DNA of 64,000 nucleotides from Octopus sinensis (lineage: Eukaryota): contig NC_043016.1 of NCBI RefSeq assembly GCF_006345805.1, positions 18,786,001-18,850,000 on the forward strand, in the 5' to 3' direction. Positions within the stretch are counted from its first letter, which is position 1. Every line of letters starts with the position of its first letter. The notes below the pieces were generated by a model that saw only the letters and a program-made list of their open reading frames with translations, did not search any database and was not told the DNA's origin. This document shows positions 12,833 through 24,720 of this stretch, one piece after another. Both the position numbers and the translations under genes were made by a program.

Positions 12833-13100
12833 TCAGTGGTTAGAGTGTAGGAATCACGACCATGAGGTAGTGGGTTCCATTCCCGGACTGAGCTGTGTTG
12901 TGTTCTTGGGCAAGATACTTTATTTCACATTGCTTCAAACTGTATTGGCCTTTGCCTTTCCCTTGGATAACACCGGTGGTGTGGAGATGGGAGGCTGGTA
13001 TGCATGGGTGGCTGCTGGTCTTCCATAAACAACCTTGCCCGGACTTGTACCTCGGTGAGGAACTATCTATGTGGTCATTCATGACTGGAGGTGGGGATTT
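12833..13100 (+). mobile_element. tRNA-derived SINE (family C)
   Basis: A-box-like agtggttagagtg, B-box-like gggttccattccc, cttgggcaag core shared with family A, followed by (TA)n. Confidence 0.7.
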
Positions 13101-13153
13101 TATCCTTTACCAAATATATATATATACATACATGTATATATATATACATATAC

Positions 13154-13234
<81 letters not shown>

Positions 13235-14029
13235 AAAAAATGAAGTTCGAAAATGCTGCTATATTATACAATTTTTAATTTTATATATACATTATAACAT
13301 GTTTCAGTTCCTGAAATGAACCTTATCAAAGAAGTTATATATAAAAAAAGATAGTTCATGCTATCAAATATAAGAATTCATTTATAATACACAATGGAGT
13401 CAGACATCATACAGTTCATAATTTAGTTTGAAGTGAGTTCGTTCATGCTATATGTTTAAAGTGTATGATGCAGTGGTTCGTGGTGGTGATATATTAAAAA
13501 TAGATCAAAGTGGTGGAATGCAGTCAATATAAAAAATTGATGTTCCTGAAAGAGCGAGGAATTCATTTTTACTTGAGCAACTGTGATGACCAATGGTGGG
13601 TGTTCGCTGGATGATTCTGGCGAACTTGTGAATTGTTCGGGTTTTATAACACCTGTTAGATGGTCAGTCCAGCGTAGCGTGACGTCATCAACGTTTTGAC
13701 CAATCGTTTCGTTTGGTGGCTTAGTCAAGCAAAAGGGACGTCATCAACATTCTGACCAATCGTGACCTATCGCTGTATTATAACTGCCTCTTGTCTATTA
13801 TCAATAATAAATAATAATAAGGGTAAAATTAATTAATCAATTGATAATTACTAATTTTAACAAGTAGTTCGGTATATTAAAAGAAACATTATCGGTAAAC
13901 TTATACAATTTTTTTTATAATTATAAGTATAATTAGGGCTCAGCAAAATTGCTTCACTACATACCGAAATTTAGAAATAGCAGTTAAATACTATTCTATA
14001 TCATAAGATATCTCCCCGACACATACTCC

Positions 14030-14330
14030 CAACTCACGCAGGCAAAGAGAAAAAATAACGAATCCACCTGGCTTTGATTAACTATATACGCGTATTGATT
14101 AACTAAAAACGATATTGATAAATCGGGTACAGTTGATCATGTATGGAAAAATGGAGACCACCTCCCCCTGTGAGATGAAGTTAAAATAATAGACAGAGAA
14201 CACCACTGGAAAATACGAAAACTAAAAGAAGCAGCACATATGCTAGGACACAACAACCTCCTAAGCAGACCGTGTGCAGATATGAGTAGCATATGGGAAC
14301 CAGGATAGGAGAATATTAGATTTATAAGCC
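14030..14330 (+). mobile_element. Penelope-like element 3' (GIY-YIG C-terminal) fragment
   Basis: DHVWKNGDH...DEVKIIDREHHWKIRKLKEAAHMLGHNNLLSRP, typical end of a PLE ORF. Confidence 0.75.
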
Positions 14331-14350
14331 ATAAAATTCACTCCATAATT

Positions 14351-14425
14351 GCCCACGGGCATATGGCGTTTTGGTTAAGAGCGCGGGCTACTAACACCAA
14401 GATTCCGAGTTAGTACCAGGCAGTG
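14351..14425 (+). mobile_element. tRNA-like head of the tRNA-hammerhead element (family D), fused to another element
   Basis: Near-identical to 28792-28860 and to the reverse complement of 20841-20921. Confidence 0.8.
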
Positions 14426-14429
14426 GCTA

Positions 14430-15012
14430 TGCCCTGATGCAGTACCAGGCAGTGGCAATGCCCTGATGCAGTACCAGGCAGTGGCTCACGTGGCTTCTGA
14501 TCTTAACTGATTGGAAGTGTTATCATGTACATTGTTTTGTCTTGGTATAAAAGATGGGCTACAACAAATATTCTGCTCAATACCACAGATTTGCTCGTCA
14601 GATGTTTGACCTTAACCAGTTGAGCATGTCCCTTAGTGGTTGAAGATATGTGCATCTCTGACCACAAGTAGAAGTAGTGGGGGAGCATCATAGCCATGTG
14701 TTGAGAGGGATTCTTTGGGGTTTGAATAATTCACCTCTGGAAATATGGATGTTTCGTTCAACATCCTTAAACAACCCTTATTCAGGGACCTTTTGAGCGG
14801 GATAGATTACTCGACCAGAAGAAAATTCTAACTGGGCTCCACCTGCTAGGCCATGTGCTGTTTATCTAGATATGAGATCACCATGTCGCGCACATATGGT
14901 TGTGATGCATGTGCCTGGTGTACTCTTATCAGACGTGTAGTCATGATGGTGTACTGGGCTTCGTATATTTTACCCCAGTGTCACTTTGATGGCATGCACT
15001 GCCCTCTCACCT
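14430..15012 (+). mobile_element. About 550-bp non-coding repeat ending in (AAT)n (family E)
   Basis: Highly similar to 57570-58041, 58065-58620 and 45490-45951 (-); ends ctctcac(c)tc then (AAT)n. Confidence 0.85.
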
Positions 15013-15013
15013 C

Positions 15014-15068
<55 letters not shown>

Positions 15069-15091
15069 TAATAATAATAATAATAATAATA

Positions 15092-15123
<32 letters not shown>

Positions 15124-15433
15124 CACAACAACAACAACAAATACAATACGAAGAGCACGGTGCGATTGCAATAGATATTCGATTGGTTGAACGATATTTC
15201 GACAACTAGCCTGTCTTTGTCGAGTTCTAAATGAAAAGTGATTACATAAAAATTAAAAATTATAGAAATTGAAATCCAAAATTTGAACGAGGACAACCAG
15301 CGTTCCCACGTTGACGAAATGACATTATCAGTCATCAGTTTTTAAGTTTACAACTGGCAAAAAGAAAAAGAAAGAAAAAAAAGCGAAAAAACAAAGAAAA
15401 GGAAAAAAAAGGAAAACGAACAATATTTAATCA

Positions 15434-15778
15434 AACAGTCAGTTTTGTGTAAATATAAAATTCTCCCGTCATTTTATTCATCCCTTCAGGGCGTGATCTA
15501 AACTCGTAAGCATATTTCTCCTCGTGGATTTTGAGGACTAAAAGTGTAGCAGATTCAGAATATTTTCTGAGAATATGCACTTTCAAATCTTTTTCAAAAT
15601 TGCAGCCGTTTGATGTAAAATTTTTGGCAAGTTCTGTCGAACTATTGTTATTGTGCCCGACGTCATACTTGTGCCCATTGAATCTTTTGTTTAATTGTTC
15701 TGTTGTACCATCAACATATATCGAGTTGTGCTTGGTGCATTCTGCTGCATACACTAAATGGGAAACTCTACACGTGTT
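15434..15778 (-). mobile_element. Penelope-like GIY-YIG endonuclease fragment
   Basis: ORF 15431-15814: HLVYAAECTKHNSIYVDGTTEQLNKRFNGHKYD matches the VY...C......YVG.T...L..R..GH signature. Confidence 0.8.
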
Positions 15779-16099
15779 ACCTTCAAGGCGGTGCTCTAGC
15801 ATGGCCACAGACAAATGACTGAAACAAGTAAAAGAATAAAAGCAATAGCCTCACACGCATAAACACACATACAAGCACTCATAAATAGATACAAATACAT
15901 ATATATTTCTTCGTATGCACAGCAAAGTTCCCAGGCATACTCTATTAGAAATATTACTAATAAAATAATTGGAAATATGTACATAGACTGTTTTTTTTAA
16001 TCGTTTATATATTGTTGCATAATTATAGAATTATATTTTGTAGAATATGTTAAAGATGATGTCAAAAAGAGGAGAAATAGAAAAAATAAATAAAACCTG

Positions 16100-16800
16100 A
16101 TAGCAGAACATGTCTCCTTTGTAGTGAGATGGAATTCAATCAGAAAAAACTACCATTTCTAGATAATTTTATCATGAGTAAACATGGAAAATAGAAACAG
16201 ATACCCAATATCCAAAACTAACCCAAGGATTCTGAACAATATCTTCGTTTCATATCCTGTCTTTCTAAAATGCAAAAATAAACGTTCCCTTCAACTTACC
16301 AAAAAATCTTTTGTACAACAATTCGGAGTCAAAAATGAGAAAAACTGAAAAACTGCAAACGCAAAGAACGTCTCCACTCAGACTTATTGTAAATGGAAAA
16401 GAAAGGGCAGTGTTTTCATTCACATGTTCTCAGAACAATGAAAGTAAAGCCCCCGAAATGTTTTAACCCCCAAAACAATGAACTACTCAATTACATATAG
16501 AACAATATATCTATTTTGCTTGAAAATCAATAAGTGAAAAAAATCTCGCAAACCAACTTATTATCTACACAAAACAAAATGCAACTAAAGGCTTCAAAGA
16601 ACGTGCAAATTCAGCAAAGATTTTCAATAACGTGATTAACTCCAAATGTAGTAAACCAAATTGTGATACATGACTGTACTTAACTGAAGACTCGGAGTTC
16701 AGATTTAAGAATGGACAGGGTCATCAAAATAAAAGAAGAAAATATTTCCATTTTACAAATGATCGAACTCTACCACAGTACAACAGCAATTAAACAAAGA
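16100..16800 (+). mobile_element. Penelope-like RT C-terminal region, decayed
   Basis: MEFNQKKLPFLD, ETD...DSEQYLRF.SC, NVPFNL and a C..PNC..C linker. Confidence 0.75.
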
Positions 16801-17442
16801 AAGACAATTTATTATAAAACATAAACCCTGCTTGAAGGGTTGACAAATAATTTCCTTGGCCTTAGGGCAATACAGATTCACTTACCTGGATACACACACA
16901 CACACACACAACACACACACACACACACACACATACATAACCACATAGTCTTTGGATACGTACAATATCGTGTGTGTGTGTGTGTGTGTGTGTGTAAAGT
17001 AAGCGCTTAATACTTATGACTTGCCTAAAAGTAAAGTTCAACTAACCCTTCTTAACTTATTTGGAAGAGGAACGATTTACCTATCTACTTGTCTATGTGA
17101 TTCCCTCGATGCATCTGCCTATCGATCTCTCTAGGGCAGTCTTTTGTTTACTGCTTTTCGTTTACAGTTTCAAACCCATATCCTTTCATTCTTTGTCTTG
17201 TAACCTGATACCCTAGTTCTCTGGACAGTTACAAAACTGTCAGTCATATATATTCCAAACACTATACCTATTTTCATTTGATAAATGCACAGCCATAATG
17301 GATGAAACCGGATATAATTAAGTTTAAAATATCTAATATTACACTTGATTTTGCCTCTTTAATTTGTCTACAATTACAATAATTCTTTTAGTGATATTGT
17401 TCATTTTCATCCATTCTTTGTTTGTACACACACACACACACA

Positions 17443-17525
<83 letters not shown>

Positions 17526-17527
17526 TA

Positions 17528-18118
17528 AATTCAACTTGAGTTGACAATCAGCAAAGTTTGCTTTAAAAGCCTTGAGATGTATTGAAAGATACAGATAAGG
17601 AAATAATTTTATTCTCAAATGCAGGTTAATACCATTGATATAGCATGAACATGATAAACTATCCATATTTTGCAGATACATCTGTCGGCGGCTAGCCATG
17701 TGACTCAAACTCACATCTCTGTGATTACGCGTCAAGTGCTTTACCATTAAGCTAAACTGCATTTGAGAATAAAATTATTTCCTTTATCGGTATCTCTCAA
17801 TACATCTCAACGCTTCTAAAGCAAGCTTTGTTGAATTTCAACGCGTGTTGTATTTAACGTGTGATAGCGTCTTATAAAGTTAAATTTATATATCTTAAAT
17901 TTGCAGAAGAATTTGTCGTTGGGGCAGTTTAGCTTAATGGTAAAGCGCTTGACGTGTAATTACAAGGATATGAGTTCGAGTCTCATTGCTGGTTGCCGAC
18001 AGATTTTTCTGCAAAATATGGATAGTTTATCCTTTTCATGCTATATTATTAGCATTATCCTGTGTTTGAGAATAAAATCATTTCCTTATTTGTATCTTTT
18101 TATACATCTCAACGCTAA
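17528..18118. mobile_element. Inverted pair of tRNA(Thr)-like-headed repeats with an extra tail fragment
   Basis: 17528-17760 (-) and 17921-18118 (+) share head gcagtttagcttaatggtaaagc and body; T-arm ATGAG-TTCGAGT-CTCAT at 17970-17986. Confidence 0.75.
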
Positions 18119-18315
18119 TGTTGAGTGAAGATGCTGAATGTGCGAATCTTAAGAATGGAGAACTATTTGTTTAAAACATGTTAAATAAACAAAATTTGCT
18201 CCTACACACGAATTCACGTGAAAACTCTTGCAAACCGGATACAAAAACGAAATATGTTAAATAAATATACGAGAATTGTTGATTTGCACTAAGAATATAA
18301 TGTACGGAGCTTAAT

Positions 18316-18632
18316 ATTGGTTTCTAAGTTTGACACAAGGCCAGCAAATTCGGGAAAGGAGGAAAATCGATTATACCACCCCCAGTCCTCAACTGGCACT
18401 TATTTTATCGATCCTGAATGGATGAAAGGCAAAGTCAACCTTGGAGGAATTTAAACTTAGAACGTGATGACGGACAATATGTCCGTAAGCATTTTGCCCG
18501 GCGTTCTAACTTTTCTGCCAGCTACCGCTTTTATGAGAGCTTAGTATTGGTTTCAAATTTTGGCACAAGGTCAGTGTTCAACTAGTACTTATTTTATTGA
18601 CCTCGAAAGGATGAAGGGCAAAGTCGATCCCG
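18316..18632 (-). mobile_element. tRNA-derived SINE family B, full copy plus tandem partial copy
   Basis: Matches the multi-copy motif atcga.cc.gaa.ggatgaaaggcaaagtc.acct.gg.ggaattt; the sense strand has A box TGGCAGAATCG and B box GTTCAAATTCC in better copies. Confidence 0.85.
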
Positions 18633-19204
18633 ACTTAATATGTTTTTAATCCATAAAATAAATAAGTCTAACACAAAACTGAAAATTCTAGATAGAAAAA
18701 TCCAAGCATTTAATTATAAAGCAAAAAATCTAACTGTAACTTTGATATGAACTCATGATATTTTTATGGATAAAATAACATCATCTTAGTTAAAGTAAAA
18801 CTGTTCATTATAAATATTAATATACTATGTAACTAAATAAGTTACAGATATGAACTCGATAAATATTTTGAACGTATATAGATTAGAATATTAGAGAGCA
18901 AGATCAACTTGATATCTGTACATTATTTTGAAAAGTATGATTTATAAATAAGCACTGATATTAATTTCTAAGTATTCTAGTATTTTAGTTTTTTACCGTA
19001 GCTTAGACAGATACAGTGTACATAACACTTTTCTGGGCTTCAGTCTCGTGTGGAGAGGTGCAGCTGGAAAGTTGCTCTAAAACCAGAGACCTGCTACGAT
19101 GGCTCGAAGCGGAATGAACTTAGCTAAATGTACATAAACAAAAATTGGGCTTGTTAATTTGAGCCATGAAGTTTGCCACCTAAAAGGAGGACAGGCCCTT
19201 CTGA

Positions 19205-19350
19205 CAGCGTCCATATAGGTTCCTTCTACCGATCTTCACTCATAAGTTATGTGTCTGCTCGAATTTATGATAGAGGACACACGCTCAATGTACGGCACAT
19301 TTAGAATTGAACTCGAAACCACGTAAAAGCGAAGCAAACTTCTTAATTAG
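19205..19350 (-). mobile_element. Degenerate SINE family A
   Basis: Loose match to 27700-27855 (cactca.aag...gacac...gaac.cgaaaccacgt). Confidence 0.5.
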
Positions 19351-20345
19351 TCACATATATTTGCACCCAAATATACAGACTGAGTCCTACATAGTGAGAG
19401 AAAGAAAGCTGTGTAAAAAGGCTTACTCACACGCAGACATATATATGTATGCAAATAAAGAGATCTCTGAAAATGTTTCATTAAAACAGTTAATTTACCT
19501 GACTTACAATATTTTATCTTTCCGTTTTTTATTTATGATTTTGTACTAAGAGATCTAATTGTTGCTAACTGAATGTCTTGTTGAGTGTAAAGATTAACAG
19601 ATGATGTTGTATCTCTTAAAATTCTGATCAATTGTCTATTCGAATGGATCTAATTTTACATTGTCTAAAGGCTTGCGATGTAGGAAAGCTGATAAAATTC
19701 TGACGTAGTCCATATTGCAACATCGTTTCAGTTCTCTATTGATGTTCTTTCATTTCGATTATATTACAAATTCTCACGTTCGTATGTCTAAAATATAGAG
19801 CATTTATTGTTTTAAAAACCAATATTATATTACAATAGCAAAAAGGTCGTACTTCCAAAGCTAAAGGCATTGTCGATTGAATTGACAATTCATGACTATT
19901 ACATACTGCATCAGCTTAAAAGAGATGAACAAATGCCAAACTAGGCAGGATATAGATGAGAAAAGTAGATGGACAAAATTACAAGTAGTTGGACAGTGTT
20001 GCATTTTTATGGATCACTATAAGTTATTTTTCTGCACTACCCTTTTATTTCAATACATAATATATATTATACCAAGATAATTCTGATTAACTGGTTTCCT
20101 AAATAAAACTGTGTGAATGATACTCTAGGATGAGTAGGCAAGCAATCTTAGCAACCAATTTACTCTGATCAATTTGTGTTTCTCCTTTCATCTCTGGCTT
20201 TTCATAACAATAACATCATTAATACTCTATTTAAGAGTCACTTGAAAGAAGCAATGAGACTTAAGGGAATTTCAGAAATTATTGTTTCCAATTCAAATAC
20301 CAATGCTAATTTAAGTATCCAAAGTTACACTACAAGTAGTTTGTT

Positions 20346-21047
20346 CATTATTTACATTATTTACATTATTTACATTCGACTGATATTTGTCCTCATCTTG
20401 TTTGTTGTTAATACCCTCCAGCCTTCTTCAGGTGCTCATTCCTAAGGTATTTTTCGAAGTTGTTGTTGTTGTTATTAGAAGTGGCTGTGTGGTAAGTAGC
20501 GTGGCACCTTGGGCAAGTGTCTTCTATTATATCCTCGGGCCGACTAAAGCCTTGTGAGTGGATTTAATAGACGGAAACTGAAAGAAGCCCGTTGTATATG
20601 TATATATATGTATATGTTTCTGTGTATGTTTGTCCCCCCAGCATCGCTTGACAACCGATGCTAGTGAGTTTACGTCACCGGAACTTAGCAGTTTGACAAA
20701 AGAGATCGATAGAATAAGTACTAGGCTTACAGAGAATAAGCTCTGGGTTGATTTGCTCGACTATAAAGGCAGTGCTCCAGCATGGCCGCAGTCAAATGAC
20801 TAAAACAAGTAAAAGAATAAAAGAGTATTATTATTATTTTCCAGGTCACTGCTTGAAATCAAACACGAAATCTCGGGGTTAGTAATCCGCGCTCTTAACC
20901 ACTACGCCAAATTCCTGTGGGTATAAGGCTGGAGGGTATATCAGCCGAAACGTTGTATTAACAACAAACAAGATGAGGACAAATATCCGCCGAATGTAAA
21001 TAATGTAAATAATGTACATAATTCCTCATCTCTTAAATATAGAGCTG
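20346..21047. mobile_element. tRNA-headed, hammerhead-bearing inverted composite element (family D) with 12-bp TSD
   Basis: TSD aagtagtttgtt at 20334-20345 and 21048-21059; minus copy head 20841-20921, linker, HHR 5' half 20412-20434, tail; plus copy HHR 3' half 20925-20957 and tail. Confidence 0.85.
20477..20827 (+). mobile_element. SINE family A nested in the (AAT/GTT)n linker of family D
   Basis: Near full length, from gtggctgtgtggtaag to gactaaaacaagtaaaagaataaaagag. Confidence 0.9.
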
Positions 21048-21231
21048 AAGTAGTTTGTTGTTTTACCAAACCGTTGAAGATATCACGATCGAATTAGGTT
21101 CATTAATATACTAAAGTGTTTTAATCGACTATAACAATTCCATTATTTGTCATTACTTGCATGAAAGGTGGATGAGTTGACAGAATCGGTAGTGGTGGAG
21201 GAAATACCCCGCAGTATTTGATACGATCTTT

Positions 21232-21654
21232 GGATCTTTTCGGTTTGACCGGCAGTTTTTTAAAATAATTTCCAGGTAACTAAACACTTTTAAACTTCGT
21301 ATACTGGTAGAATGTGTTTAGAAAACATCTTTTTCTCTTGGCTTTATTGAGAAAATTCTATAGTTTGTAAGATATTTGTTGTTGCTTTTTTCTTCAATTT
21401 CTGCAATTTCAACCAATCAATGACGTCTATTGAGGTGAAAACATTCTGTGCCGTATGAATATGTCCCTCGTTTAAGAAACAGGTTGGGTTTATTTACATT
21501 TGTGAAGATAAAAAGATACCCTTCCACCACCCCAACCCTACCCCTAACCCTAAAACAGATTGAAATGCAATAGATCGATACTAGGGTCATAATTATGGGT
21601 GACAATTTCATATGACACCGCTAGAAAAAACTGTCGTTCAAACCGAAAAGATCC
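21232..21654. mobile_element. MITE (Merlin- or hAT-like) inserted in a SINE B copy
   Basis: About 30-bp TIRs GGATCTTTTCGGTTTGA.CG.CAGTTTTTT; 8-bp TSD cgatcttt/tgatcttt; flanks rejoin a plus-strand SINE B (21165-21725). Confidence 0.85.
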
Positions 21655-22164
21655 TGATCTTTTAAGCTTAAATCCCACCAGCGTCGGTTTTACCTTTACT
21701 CTTTCTGGGATCGATTAAATACGTTTCAATTAAGAAATGAATTAAATAAGTGAACTTATCAACTATATGCATAAGCAAAAACACAAATAATTGCATGACA
21801 TATTTAATTTTAAACTTTAAGTCTCTATGTTAAAGGAGACGTTTTCCTCCTATTTTCTATATTATCTTCGGAAAGCAAAGAATAACAGCAACCAAACATT
21901 AACAGCTACATCAACAGTCAAGCTGTGCTCCTAGGGCACAGTTTTGTTGTTGGTATTGTTGGTATTATTGAACTTAATATTTTAGTAATAGCGATGGTAT
22001 TTTGTTTTATTTTATCTGTGTGCTATATTTTTTTTCTTATTGCTATTATCAAAACTAATGTTCTTGTTGTTATTAAAGTTGTTATGACTCTTATTGATGT
22101 TGTTATTGTTGACATTGTATATATATTGCAATTTATGTTATTGACATTATTGTTTTTATGGTTG

Positions 22165-22432
22165 TAGTGGTGGTGGTGGTGGCGGCGGCGGCTGCGGCGG
22201 AGGCGACGGCGGCGGAGGCGGTGGTGGCGGTGGTGGTGGCGGCGGCGGTGGTGATGGTGGTGGCGGCGGCGACGGAGGAGGTGGCGGCGGAGGAGGTGCG
22301 GCGGTGGAGGTGGCGGAGGTGACGGTGGCGGAGGTGGCGGCGGCGACGGCGGCTGAAGAGGCGACGACGGCGGCTGAAGAGGCGGCGGCGGAAGGCGACG
22401 GCGGTGGTGGCGGTGGTGGTGGTGGTGGTGGT
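22165..22432. repeat. GC-rich (GGC/GGT/GGA)n trinucleotide tract
   Basis: Direct reading; embedded in (TTG)/(TTA)-rich low-complexity flanks. Confidence 0.95.
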
Positions 22433-23029
22433 GTTTTTGTTATTGTCGATTTCGATATCAGAGTATAATTATTGAGCTAACAATTCAATGCCAGAAGCAA
22501 AATTCCTCAGAAAAGTTCACGGAAAACTTACGAATTTCATTTTGAAGTTATTTCTTAACACACTCAATAATATTGAGTTACTTTTATTTGTTTTCATTGT
22601 TTCCCTATTACTTTTTTATATTTTAATTTTTTAGTGATGATGAGATGATGATAGTAGTATTGATGTTAATGTTTTGTACAATTCTTCTGCGTTATTCAGA
22701 TGTAATTTTTTTCTATCAATTTTCAAAAAAATTTTTTAATATTGATATTTACTTTTTTATCTTTTCTTTTCTTTTTCGATTTGCTTTACTAATTTGTCTG
22801 GATGTCCCTAGAATTGTCATCAACATTTTTTTTTTAAATTCAACAGATACAAAAATATTAACATTTATTTTAATTACTACTGGGACAAAAGTAAGTAGAG
22901 TACACTGAGGACAAAGACGAGTAAAGAGAAAAATAAGGAGAAGCAAAAAGAGAAATTTATGAAGAATAGACACACATACACACACACATATACATACACA
23001 TATACATACACACACAAAAATATAGATAG

Positions 23030-23049
23030 ACAGATAGATAGACAGATAC

Positions 23050-23115
<66 letters not shown>

Positions 23116-23166
23116 GAAGAGATGAATCGATCGATCGATCGATGGATAAATGGATGGATAGATAGC

Positions 23167-23237
<71 letters not shown>

Positions 23238-23440
23238 ATAGATAGAAGTACAAACGAACGCCTGTAAAGAATGAATTAGATAGTCTGTTTGTGTATATAT
23301 ATATATATGAGTGTGTGAGTGTATGTATGTGTATTTTTAGATATATACGTGCGTACGCACGCACGCGCACACACACATACATACATGCACATTCACATGC
23401 ATGTATACTCGCGTACGGATGCGTATATGCATGAGATTAT

Positions 23441-23493
<53 letters not shown>

Positions 23494-23671
23494 CATATAT
23501 ATATATATATACATATGCATATATATATACATATATATATACATATACATATGTATATACATATAATATATATACATATACATATGTATATACATATATA
23601 TATATATACATATGTATATATACATATAATATATATATATACATATATAATTTATATACATATTAATATAT

Positions 23672-23706
<35 letters not shown>

Positions 23707-23739
23707 TATAATATATATATATATATATATAATATATAT

Positions 23740-23789
<50 letters not shown>

Positions 23790-23790
23790 T
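23030..23790. repeat. Compound (GATA)n / (TA)n microsatellite block
   Basis: Direct reading. Confidence 0.95.
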
Positions 23791-24042
23791 ATAAATATGA
23801 GTATAATTATAATTAGGCTTAGGCAAAATTTTTCTTCACCACACATCGTGTTCGGTGTGTAGTGAAGCAAATTTTTTTACCTAACCCTAATTATAATTAT
23901 ACTCATAATATAATAAATATTGTGTAAGTTACCGATAATGGTCTTTTTAACATACCGAATACTACTTGGTGAAATTATTAATTATTAATAAATTAATTAA
24001 TTAATTAATTAATTTTACCCAGTGAAATACTGCATAATAAAC

Positions 24043-24525
24043 AGTAAACGTCAAGAGAAAAATCTGTAAAAACAACTGACAAGAGCAAAATTCTCATCAG
24101 AGAATGAAACCGAATTCCTTGTAAAAGAATGTGGAGATAGTAGATGTGGGATCTTCAGTAACCACATTTACAAATATATAGAGGAAAACAGCCAAATAAA
24201 ATTTAAGAGTGGACACACATTCAAAGCACATGCAAACATGAATTGCAAGATACAAAATTTAATATATTGCATAACCTGTCCCACATGCAAGGATAACTAT
24301 ATAGGTGAAACTGGCAATTCTTTATGCCAACGAACCAGAATTCACCGACAACATATCCGACATGGAGAACTACAAAAAATTCCACTAAGTAAACAATTAG
24401 AAACATGTGGAGAAGGAAGATTCAAGATCTCCCCCTTCTATAAAGGCCCAAGAAATGATACCTTCTTCAGAAAAAATATGAAACAACATTTCATATCAAA
24501 ATTCTCCCCCAAACTGAATGGCTGA
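24043..24525 (+). mobile_element. Penelope-like GIY-YIG endonuclease region
   Basis: In frame SKRQEKNL*KQLTRAKF...KECGDSRC...NLIYCITCPTCKDNYIGETG...RTRIHRQHI; one stop upstream of ORF 24238-24525. Confidence 0.92.
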
Positions 24526-24676
24526 AAATATGAAAATCACATCAACTTCCTTATAAACCCATCTGGAACCCTAAGATATATGCATATGTGTGTGTGCGTA
24601 TGTATATACATAAATAGAGACATTCTTGAATCCAGATTTTCCAACCCATACCGGCATGGGAATCAAACATTGGACA

Positions 24677-24720
<44 letters not shown>

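Noticed and set aside
14412-14490. CRISPR-like array of 29-bp repeats
   Set aside because: Contiguous repeats with no spacers, eukaryotic context and no cas genes
17921-17996. Functional tRNA genes here or at 28792-28860
   Set aside because: Acceptor and anticodon stems are broken and the sequences are heads of multi-copy repeats; tRNAscan-SE would settle it
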